Shown piece after piece: positions 13,244 to 24,139 of a stretch of 64,000 nt of DNA; the first letter of the stretch is position 1, and every line of letters begins with the position of its first letter. Position numbers and translations under genes: made by a program. The stretch is from Chlorokybus atmophyticus (taxonomy: Eukaryota; Plantae; Mesostigma and Chlorokybus algae). The notes beneath the pieces were generated by a model. That model was not told where the DNA came from, ran no database searches, and saw only the letters and a program-made list of their open reading frames with translations. The stretch is from the NCBI GenBank assembly GCA_009103225.1, contig RHPI01001168.1, positions 593,053 through 657,052 on the forward strand. Reading direction: 5' to 3'.

Positions 13244-16200
13244 ATGGCTGCGCCGGTGGTGTTTGCGGTGAACGGCGAGCGGGCGGAGGTGCCAGCGGGG
13301 GCCGACCCTTCTATGAGCCTGCACGACGCCATCCGCAGCTACACCCGATTCAAGGCAAGCCAGGGGACTTCTTAGGCTGCTGCACAGACAGTAGTAATGT
13401 CGAGCAATCTCTTTACAACATTCCTTGAGCATGCATACATTGCAACACTGCATGCACGCGGTGTCGCTTCTGCAACTGCATGCAGCCTTAATGTCTACTT
13501 GCACAAGAGCATGGCAGCTTGCCGTGTTGAAGCTGAGTTGACTATCATAACGATGGCAGGCCATGAAGATAGGGTGTGGTGAGGGCGGGTGCGGTGCATG
13601 CGCGGTGGAGGTGCTGCGCCTTGATCCGTGCACAGGTGCATGCATAGTTGCTTGACAATTCCACCTTGTGAACATGTTTGGTTGCTTAACCCAACACTAC
13701 GTTACAGGTAAGGTGCACATGAAAACGTTGAACTCCTGCCTCTGCCCTGTGGCCTCTGTGCATGCTGCTGCCATCATCACCGCCGAGGGCATCGGCAACG
13801 CCTCCAATGGCTTCCATCCCATCCAAGGCATTGCCACTATCTCTCTTGTTGCAATATATTGCAAGGGTATTGCACTCATCATCTTGATAGCCACCGTCTT
13901 GGCTCAGAACGCATTGCTGGCTTTCACGCGACGCAATGCGGCTTCTGCACTCCCGGCATTGTGGTAATGAAAGCCGCTGAAGTTGTTTACCTCAAACTCT
14001 GCCAACATATACTGGTGTGATACTCACTCCCACAAGCTCACAGGTTGCGACGCATGCAGCATTGGTGAACAAGAAGTTGGGTGACCGTGAACATGAGGCG
14101 ATGAAGAACGGGGACGCGTTCATGCGGGCTATAGACGGGAACTTATGCCGCTGCACCGGATACCGCCCCATCATCGATGCATGCAGGGTGCGCGATGGGT
14201 ATCCATGACGCATGCATGTTTGTTGTGGATGCGCTTACTTAGCCCATGAGGAACAGAGCCTGGTTGATGGCGTTGATGTGGAAGACCTCGGCGTGCACTC
14301 CTGCGCGGTCACGCCATGCGCAGACTGTCCCGTACCAACCTTCCCAGACTTCCTCAAAGCCTTTGCCACCGCAGTAAGCAATGTGACGCTTGAGCTTTGC
14401 GATTGCAGCACACCTACCTACCGCCTGTTGAGATACACGCACATGCACACACGTGCGAACGCACACATACCAGCGATGCACAACGTTTACTGCAAGGTTG
14501 AAAGCATCTACAACTGCAGTGCGAATACGAATGTTACCATGTATGTACGAATACAAATCCGGGTGTATGTGGGACACGTGCTTGAGCACGAGCGCACGCA
14601 CGCACGCGCACACTCATAGCGACATGCACACTTGCACGTACGCACGACGAGACACAAAAACACTCAAAATCACGTATCGCATCGGCGGTTGTGCATGTCA
14701 TCAACGCGCCCCATACACTCAGGCCAAGCTCCCAACGCACACCTCCGAGCGCTGCACCTGGCGCTCGCCTCTCTCCCTCTCTGAGCTGTGGACGATCATG
14801 GCCTCAACCCCTGGCATCCGCCTGGTCGCTGCCAACACGGGCCCGGGCATCTTCAAGGACTGGCCCCGGACAGGGGACCTCGTGTGGGTCGGAGCCGTAG
14901 CGGAGCTGCGCGTGCTTCGTGTGGAGAAGGAAAGGGCCGGTGGTGGTGGGAAGAGAGAGGTTGTTGTGGGAGGCGCCGTGAGCTTCGGGGAGCTTGTGGA
15001 CTTGCTTGAGGAGGAGAGGAAGAGTCCGGGAGCGAACGAGCAGGCCCTCAGCGCAATGATCGACATGCTGAACCACATTGCAGGTGCAGTGTGTGTATAG
15101 TTATGCACGTGCGTGCGTGCGCGCACGTGCGTGTATGCTTGAAGAGTAATTCATCATGAGATTGCTTCGTTGCAAAGGGCACCATGTGAGGTATGCTGCA
15201 ACGATTGGAGGCCACTTTGCGCTGTGGCGACAGAGAGCGTTTGAGTCCGATGCGTGCACGCTGCTCGCGGCCGCGGATGCACGCGTCTGCGTGGCATCTC
15301 GCAAGGATGCTAGGTAAGCGGGTGGAGTTTGATGTTGGGTTGAGAGCCCGAGATGATGATACTGAACATGATGTGGTGTCTTCCAGGTGGTTGTCGGTGC
15401 AGCAGATTCAGGACGCCAGTACGCCGCTGGACCTGGGTGGCATGGAGGTGGTGAAGGAGGTGCACGTGCCACTGCCAAGCTCAGGGGAGCGCTTCTTCAC
15501 CCACAAGGTATAACCGTACACAAAAGCACACGCACACGCCCGCATACAGACATGTTCAATCACGAGGTGCTGGTACAACCACAGTACAGCTGTTCATCCT
15601 ATGGATTCACTCTTTTACACTTGGCTGGCAGCTGCCTTTTTGCTTCAGTCACAACATCTGTATCAGCGAACGGCGTTGTATCACATATGTGATGTCGTCT
15701 GTACTGTGTGTGCCCCACAGATAGCCAGAGGAAGAAAGTTCAACAGTCATGCGGTTGTCAACATCGCAGTTCGCTTGACCCCAAGCAAAGCTGTAAGCGG
15801 CAAGAGTGAGCACGTGTGCAACGGCACGCATGGTAATGCATACACCGCGCGCATCGTCTTTGGCGCTCCCGACTCCACCTCAGAAGGTAACTGAGCTGTT
15901 GTTCGGTAGATGTGTTTGTGTTCTCCAACTCATCTACTGCATACACTTCACGCAGGCTCCAGCAAGTGGGTATGTGGAGAGAGTCCGAACACAGAAGCCG
16001 CACTCAACTCTAGGCCACTGAACATGCAGGCCCTCATCACTGCACTGGAAGCTTTCCGCACCGACACGACAAACGGTAGTTCTATTTGACTTGACTCGCA
16101 AGGCCTAATATTACACCCTGACATTGTGTGTATGTGTGTACAGCTGGCGTGGACGCCTCACACGCGCAGGTGCTGCAGGCCCTTCTCTTCGAAGCACTTG

Positions 16201-19200
16201 CAGGCTTGACCTCTGCTCCTTTTTGGCTCCTTTCACAAGGAGAAGGTGGAAACGCTTCCGCTGCTGACCTCCTGGCCAACGCAAAACTCTCACCGGCGCC
16301 CTCAGCCGTGCGCGGCACGCAGATTGTCCCGGATGACGACCCCTCGGACCGTAGCCGTGCCCCCGTACACCGCATGATCCCAAAGGACCGCGCCCGCTTG
16401 CAAGTGAGTGCATGCCTCACGCTGCCTGTGTGTATATGTGTGCGCGCGCATGTGCATGCGTGTGTCAATGTGCATGTCAGTGTATGTATCTATGCGCGTG
16501 TGCGCGCACACACATACAGGCAGATATAGACACACGCTTGCGCGCGCACACACACTCTCTGTATGCCTGCATGTGCATGTGTGTGTTGGTCTTCAACCCT
16601 GCATTACCTCAGGCTAGCGGGGAGGCAGCGTACGTGTCCGATTTGGCCCTCCCGCGTATGCTGCACGGTGCCTACGTCGAATCCACTCGGCCGCTGGCCA
16701 TGCTTGAGAGCGTAGACCCATGCTTGGCATTGGGTCTACCAGGAGTGCGCGGCTTCGTGTGCGCAAAGGACATATGCGGGATGGTGCAGCCGTGGAGCGG
16801 CGGGCAACCCATCTTCGCGAACAAGAAGGTGGAATATGTTGGCCAACCCGTCGGTCTTATACTCGCGGACACGTCAGCGTTGGCGCAAGAGGCCGCGGCG
16901 ATGGTCAACGTTGTTTACGTGGACACGCCTCCCTCCGCGCTTTCACCAATCCTCTCCTTGTCCGCTGCGCGTGCAGCAGAGTCGTTCTTTACTGACCCAA
17001 CATTAGCCTCAATGGGCGTTGTGTCGCACGGGCACGCTGCTGAAGCCCTGCGAGACGCAGAGTACGTGTTGAAAGGCGTGTGCACCACGCCACCGCAGCA
17101 GCACTTCTATCTGGAGCCGCAGGTGGCGCTCGCCGCGTGGGACGAGGGTGCGGGCGAAGAGAGCGTGTTGAGGGTGTGGTCCAGTACGCAGTCTATCGAT
17201 GCCGTCCAGAACGCCGTCGCGAAGGTCGTCGGCGTCCCCGCGAAGAACGTGTGCGTGACATGCCGAAGGCTCGGCGGTGGGTTCGGAGGGAAGACCTCGT
17301 GGCCGATGTATATCGCGGCTGCCGCGGCCGTCGCTGCGGAAAAGCTTCACGTGCCCGTACGCCTCAACCTTGACCGAAACGCTGACTTCCGCCTCGGCGC
17401 AGGTGAGTAGCAGGTTGTTGTGTGGTGGCGTTGCGGACGTGTGTGTCAACATGTTGTTGTTGTCAGGGCGCGCGGAGAGTCTCGTGGAGTACGAGGTGGG
17501 GTTTGACGGCAGCGGGATGGTACAAGCACTGCGTGTGAAGGGGTTCGTGCAAGCGGGCCCGTGGCATGATACGGCGTCATTCGACCTGGACGGCCTGGCG
17601 GCCTGCATTGATAGCGCCTACAACATACCGCATCTGAGCGTGGACGTCAAACTTTGTCGCACCAACCTCGCGCCCCGCGTCATCATGCGTGCGCCTGGCT
17701 ACTCCCAGGTGAGCATCACATGCACGCACTTGCGCATCCGCGTGTGTGCTTGCGCTTGCGCGCTTGTGCCTATAGACACATGCACACATATGCAAGCACA
17801 CCTCGCACGTGTGGACACTCCTTTGCACATCCACACACGGGCGCATGTGTGTGCGCGCGCGTATGCGCACGCGCGCGTCCGCGCACACACGCACACGCGC
17901 GCGCGCTCACTCACTCACTCACTCGCTCACTTTTGCGCATCATGCATATTGTCTGTGCATTGTCGGTGAAGTCACATGAGTAACACATCTCCAGGCGGCA
18001 CTCGTGAATGAAACCATCATGGAGCATGTGGCCGCGCACCTGGGTATCGACTCGGCGACCGTCAAGCGCCGCAACTTCTTCCCACCATCTACTCCACCAT
18101 CCGTGCCACGTCCGCTGACAGAGCCGTTGCCATCATCTAACGGAGTCCTCAGCTGCCGGCGCGCGGGGCGGTACCGTGGCATTGGCAGTGATGGTGGTGG
18201 CAAGACTCCCGGCGGGAAAGGTGGTGCTGCCGTCGGCCCCGTCAAAGGCCTTGACACGATGGTGCACGTGTGGGAGCAGCTGTTGGACATGTCGGACTAT
18301 GAGGCTCGTGCGGCGCATGTAGAAGCGTTCAACGCCAAGGTGAAGAAGAACTTATTACGTGTGTGCGTGCGTGTGTGCGTGTGTGCTCGTCCAACTCTGT
18401 GCATTGTGTCCTCAGAGTGTGTGGAGAAAGAGGGGTATTGCTGTCGCGCCGACCAAGTTCAGCGTGTCGGCCCCACCCAACACCGCCAGCGTCAACGTGT
18501 ATGGTGACGGGACCTTTGTTGTTGCTGCTGGTGGCCTTGAGATGGGCCAGGTGCGTGGCAACGTTGATGTTGATGTCCAGTCAGATGTGATAACCAAACA
18601 TCACCTGAGACTTGAATCTCAACAGGGCCTTCACACTAAAGTGCTGCAGACGGCTGTGTACGCCCTGTCAATGGCACTCCCCGAGGCAAGAGATGATGAT
18701 GATGATGATGAGATGGTTGTGGTTGTTTCACCGCTGTAGCTTATTCATTGCTTCAGTTGTACAACAACGCTGTGATCTTGGGTCCATTACAGGACGAGAG
18801 GCCGCTGCCAATGAGCATGGCACGCATGTCGGATACAAGCTCAGAAGTAGTTCCCGGCGGCGGGGAGACGTGGGGCTCGACCGGCAGCGAGGGTGCATGT
18901 GCGGCCGCACGCAATGCATGTGCGCACATCGTCCGCAGCATCAAGCCTTACATCAAGTAAGTCTTATTGTGTACATGTGGCGGTACAAAAGCACACAACA
19001 GCTGCATAACAACGTGTTCATGCGCAGGCCGACGGGTAATGCGGTCAACACATGGTGCGCAGCCCTCAGTGAGCTGTATCCGGACCCAATGTTTGGACCA
19101 CCCAACGCTCTCCTCTCTGCGTATGGCTACTTTGACGGCACTGTGAGCAGTGATGATGTTGGCAACGCCGATGCTGCACCGTCCGTGGAGTACCCGGCCT

Positions 19201-20086
19201 TTGGGGCAAGCTGCAGCGAGGTTGAGATTGATATACTGACGGGTGAGGGCGCACGCACTCGCACCAATGCACTAGATGCACGCATGCTCGCATGCATTTC
19301 TGTCGTTAACTCCTCATTGCTAAGAGAGTGTGGGTGGGTTTGCATGGCAGGAGAGAAGGAGATCTTGAGGAGTGATCTTGTGTACGACGTGGGGCGAAGC
19401 CTCAACCCCGCGCTGGATATCGGCCAGATGGAGGGCGCGTTCGTGCAGGGCGTCGGCTGGCTCGCCACCGAGGAGGTGAGACGCAGGGAGAGAGCAACGT
19501 TGTGTTTGTGTCTTGTGAAGACGTGATACATGATATCGATTGTGACTGCATCAATCTACAAAGGTGATGCTGGATCCTGAGTCTGGACGGCTCGTCACCG
19601 ACAGCACCTGGACGTACAAACCCCCGAGCTCGGGAGACCTCCCGAAGGACTTACGCGTGGCCTTCCTCAAGGTGTGTGCGCGTGAGTGTGCGTGTGCGTG
19701 TGCGTCGTGGTTGCATCCATCAGATGTACATAAGCACAATGAGGTCTCCCTCTTTCGCGCAGAACTCGCGCAATCCGCGCGGTGTGATGAGCAGCAAGGC
19801 CATCGGCGAATCCACCTTCATGCTTGCTGTGGCGGTGCTGTCGGCGCTGCGCAAGGCCGCGGCCGCCGGTCGCGCGCAGCTCTCAAACCTTGCAGGCGAT
19901 GTTGTTGTTGATGACGGCGGCAACAACAACATCCGTAAGGAGAAGGAGATGGAAGACATGTTGGCCGTGCCCGCCACGCATGCACGCATCCGTGCCGCCT
20001 GCGGGGAGGTGTGGGTCGCGGACCTCCTGCGCAGAGCTGCCCCGAATGTGGAGGCGCCCAAGGAGGACGGCTGGGAGCTTGTGTGA
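13244..20086 (+). CDS. Aldehyde oxidase (molybdo-flavoenzyme, plant AAO-like), multi-exon
   Basis: 2Fe-2S motifs [33 protein letters not shown] and [16 protein letters not shown]; FAD domain; Moco motifs [70 protein letters not shown]. Confidence 0.92.
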
Positions 20087-20391
20087 GAAATGTACACACG
20101 GGTTGGGTGTGTGGGTGTGTGGTATACTTGTGTATATACGCTTGGTGTTCGTGTGCCAGCTTAGGTGTACAGCAACTGCGTCCATGGCGGCTCAACGTGC
20201 CCCAGAGGACAGGCTTGTATGTAATGTAAATGTGTGTATAGAGTGTGTGTAGTTGTTGGTGGAGGGATACCAAGTGATATCATGCCTGTTGCACCTGTAC
20301 AAAGGCAACGGCTGCATATCTACATCCTACGCTAGCTAAGTTAAGTGTGCTAGCAGTAACTACATATACATAGTTGATTCTAACAATGAGT

Positions 20392-20964
20392 CTACACGAC
20401 CTCCCTATAGTCCCTTCGGCAGACAGGGCAGGCGTGTCTGCGCGAGAACCAACGTAATGCGCAGCGCGTGTGGAACGCGTGCCCGCACGGTGGCACCAGA
20501 AGTTGCGGATGAGGTTGTTGATCTTGTGGCTCTTGTGACTGTCGTTGCGGCCCTGCCTCTGTATCTATGAGGCTGTCAAGACAGATGGCGCAATCACCAC
20601 GTGAAGCTGTCGGTGGCGACGATGTCATCGCATTGTGCAACCAGGAGTGCATCAGCGAGTGCGACAGTCCGCCACCACTGCGTTGACACGCCCTCTCGCT
20701 GTCGTTCTCCTCCTCTTCATCCAGAGCAAGCAGACGTTCATACGTCCACTCATCCTCCTCTCCGTGGTCCTCACCCCGGTCAGAGTCCTCCTCCCAGTCG
20801 CGCTCGCTGTCGGGGTCACGGAAGGACAAGTCGTACGCAGCGCGGCCTGGCAGAGGCGCTGCCAGACGTGCCTCTTCGCGTGCCCGAGCCGCCAACAACA
20901 CGGTGGCTTCTGTTGTTGCTTCTGTTGGTGTTGGTGTTGTGGATGCTTGTGGTGGCAAAGGCAT
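20392..20964 (-). CDS. RING-H2 zinc finger protein (probable E3 ligase); a further 5' exon near 21390-21520 is possible
   Basis: CAICLDSL...PPCGHAFHTRCALRWFSRRHACPVCR (C3H2C3), preceded by WTYERLLALDE, a YEELL-like motif. Confidence 0.85.
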   Translation of the reverse strand: MPLPPQASTTPTPTEATTEATVLLAARAREEARLAAPLPGRAAYDLSFRDPDSERDWEEDSDRGEDHGEEDEWTYERLLALDEEEENDSERACQRSGGGLSHSLMHSWLHNAMTSSPPTASRGDCAICLDSLIDTEAGPQRQSQEPQDQQPHPQLLVPPCGHAFHTRCALRWFSRRHACPVCRRDYREVV

Positions 20965-21772
20965 GGCTCATGCCCTGTGCTTCTCTTTCATTAGGGGTAC
21001 TGACTTGTCCTGCGAGCATGGTATGGTCATGTTGTGGTGGTCGGCTTTGCAACGATGGGATACATGTTGCGCGTCACCTCCGCAAACGACAATAAGAGAA
21101 CTGCATTGGGGGAGGCGTTGCATAGAGTGCAAGTGCGTAAAAGTACTTGTGAATAGCTGCTGTGTGCGAGCTGCATCAAGCTGCCAAGCCAGCTGCCCAT
21201 CAACAACCGCACTCATAGAGCAATGTCCACGATTGTGTGCACTAGATTGAACCGGTATATGTCTCTCACATCAGGTTGCATGCGTGTGCACAACAGCACG
21301 TCATACATAGTCTGTAAACAATACAACAGTAACAATGGACTCACAGAAGTAACACACTGCATCCGCCGGTATTTATCACGCAGCTAGACACCTGATTGGC
21401 ATCGGCCGTCACCGCCGCCGACGCCGACGCCAGAGGTGGTTCAGACGGATCACAAACGGTTCGCTTTCTCAGCCTCACCGGATCAACGACAAGCAGCGTC
21501 CAGCGTGATCACATGATGATCTGAAATGTTTCAATTTCTACACGCGCGCGCGCGAGCGACGCAAAAAGTGGTTTTCATTTTGATTCAATGTCAGATTCAA
21601 GGTCATCGTCTCAAAAAGTGTTGAGTAGATCCGGACTTGTTGGGTAGGCCTATCGTAGGCCGCTCTCACTTTTCCAAATTTGAAATGCCTTTGTGAATCA
21701 TCTGAACACGGCATGCGCTTTTGGCAATTGGCTGGAGCCACGTGGCAGCTTTGCCGTTGTCGTCATCCGTCA

Positions 21773-21804
<32 letters not shown>

Positions 21805-21846
21805 TCGCTTGAGGTCGGGGGCTATCTCTTTCCCCTGTACCTCGCC

Positions 21847-23736
21847 ATGGCTGGTGGCAGAGGCAACGTCAGTCGCGCGGACCCCGTGGGTTGCCTGCCC
21901 GCGGAGCTGGTGGCCAGGGTGCTGGCGGCGGTGGTGGCAGCGGCGGCGACGGGGTCAGGGGGAGCGGCGGAGGCGGGGAGGACGCTGGCGAGGGCGGCGT
22001 GCGTCAGGTGAGGAACGCAGGGGAAGGGTGTGGTGTGGTGTGGTGCGGGTTGTCAATTGTGTGTGGAAGGGTGTGGTGATGCATTAGAGAGTGCACAGCT
22101 TCACCACATGGGATGAGTCGGATACGCACACACTTGTTGTACCACAGTTGATTTGATTTGATAGCAAATGATACTTAGCAAGTAAGACATAATGCAAAGT
22201 GTGAGTGATGTTTGTTCATGTTGGCGGATTTGTAGCCGTGCGTGGCGAGCAATTGCGGAAGACGAGGCGTTGTGGCAGCCGCTGTGCGCCCTCGACTGGC
22301 CCGCCTTGCAACAGGTATACATTCGTTCAGCCTTGCACAGACCACAACAGCTCAACAACACACACAAACCACAATTATGATAGAATGCAACAGCACACGA
22401 AGCACGACATGCACGCAAAGAATCCGTATGCTGTGTTGCACCTATAATATGTCCGTTATGTTGCTACTTGCTTGTCAGGACGATCACAGCATTGTGTCAC
22501 GTCGTATCGTTCTGCATGACTGGATACCAACAGTTTCTTTGTACTCAACAAAACGCAACACAACAGTGTGCAATGCACCTCAACCCAACACAACGCATCC
22601 ACTCACGCACTCCCCCAGGAGTGCGCGGCTTCGTGTGCGCAAAGGACATATGCGGGATGGTGCAGCCGTGGAGCGGCGGGCAACCCATCTTCGCGAACAA
22701 GAAGGTGGAATATGTTGGCCAACCCGTCGGTCTTATACTCGCGGACACGTCAGCGTTGGCGCAAGAGGCCGCGGCGATGGTCAACGTTGTTTACGTGGAC
22801 ACGCCTCCCTCCGCGCTTTCACCAATCCTCTCCTTGTCCGCTGCGCGTGCAGCAGAGTCGTTCTTTACTGACCCAACATTAGCCTCAATGGGCGTTGTGT
22901 CGCACGGGCACGCTGCTGAAGCCCTGCGAGACGCAGAGTACGTGTTGAAAGGCGTGTGCACCACGCCACCGCAGCAGCACTTCTATCTGGAGCCGCAGGT
23001 GGCGCTCGCCGCGTGGGACGAGGGTGCGGGCGAAGAGAGCGTGTTGAGGGTGTGGTCCAGTACGCAGTCTATCGATGCCGTCCAGAACGCCGTCGCGAAG
23101 GTCGTCGGCGTCCCCGCGAAGAACGTGTGCGTGACATGCCGAAGGCTCGGCGGTGGGTTCGGAGGGAAGACCTCGTGGCCGATGTATATCGCGGCTGCCG
23201 CGGCCGTCGCTGCGGAAAAGCTTCACGTGCCCGTACGNAGGGAGAGAGAAAGGGAGTGGGCGGAACCAAGACTAACGTGGCATGTTGTGAGGAAGGCGAC
23301 GGGGAAGGTGGGTACGGTGATGGGTGTGGTGGTGGTGGTGGTGGTGGTGTGAGTGATTGTTGGGTTATTGCTTGCCAGGTGGCTTGTTTAATGGACGCGA
23401 GGGCGGTGTTCCCGAGGCTGTTAGGCATGTTGGGTCCGCAGCTGAGAGGGGAGTACAGGCCGCTCACGTGCTCGCAGGACTTGCCTTCACTACACCAAAC
23501 ACTCCGCATACAAGTAAGACCCACAGAGCTGTACATGTTGGGTATGTTGCCGTGTGCGTGTGCGCGTGACACAACATGTCCACGTGCAGGCCGAGGCGTT
23601 CTTTGATGTGCGGGACTACGAGAGCTGGCCGACGGTGTGCTCGGCGCTGCACCTGCAGGTTACCGCAAAGGAGGAGGCCGTGTCGTGGGGACTCATGGCT
23701 GCCCTGCTCGAGGAACTCCCGCTCACTTGGTGCTGA
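21847..23736 (+). CDS. F-box protein, multi-exon; one intron is interrupted by an aldehyde-oxidase duplicate and an N
   Basis: DPVGCLPAELVARVL...LARAACV|CRAWRAIAEDEALWQPLCALDWP fits an F-box. The later exons (~23380-23512, ~23591-23736) are assigned by splice sites only. Confidence 0.7.
22615..23237 (+). repeat. 623-bp apparently identical copy of aldehyde-oxidase exon segment 16739-17361
   Basis: Same sequence from CCAGGAGTGCGCGG to GTGCCCGTACG and same length; immediately followed by a single N at 23238. Confidence 0.93.
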
Positions 23737-24139
23737 TACGCGTAAAGACAACAACCACATACATGGCGTGTGCGTGCGTGTTTTTGCACGCACGCGTGTG
23801 TACATATGTACATGTAGAGTGTAGGAGTACGTACGTATGTAGACTGTGCTTGAGCGATGATGAATTAAGGCTCAACCAACAATAAGTCGCTCGCGTGTTT
23901 GAGTGGTTGAATTGAGCAGCTTCATCCAGCAACGGGGGGACCGTTACGGTCACGGTCAACGCGTGCCTTTTGCACAGTCTTACTCAACACAACACATCCT
24001 CAGTCTCAACAGTGTTCCGAGCTAGCCCCCCCCGCCCTCGCGAGTGCCGCCGCGAGTGCGACGCGCGTCTCTTGTATACCAAACCATGCGACGGTGGACC
24101 CGCGGTAGTAGCGGTGGTCCGCGGCGGACTCGGGGTAGA

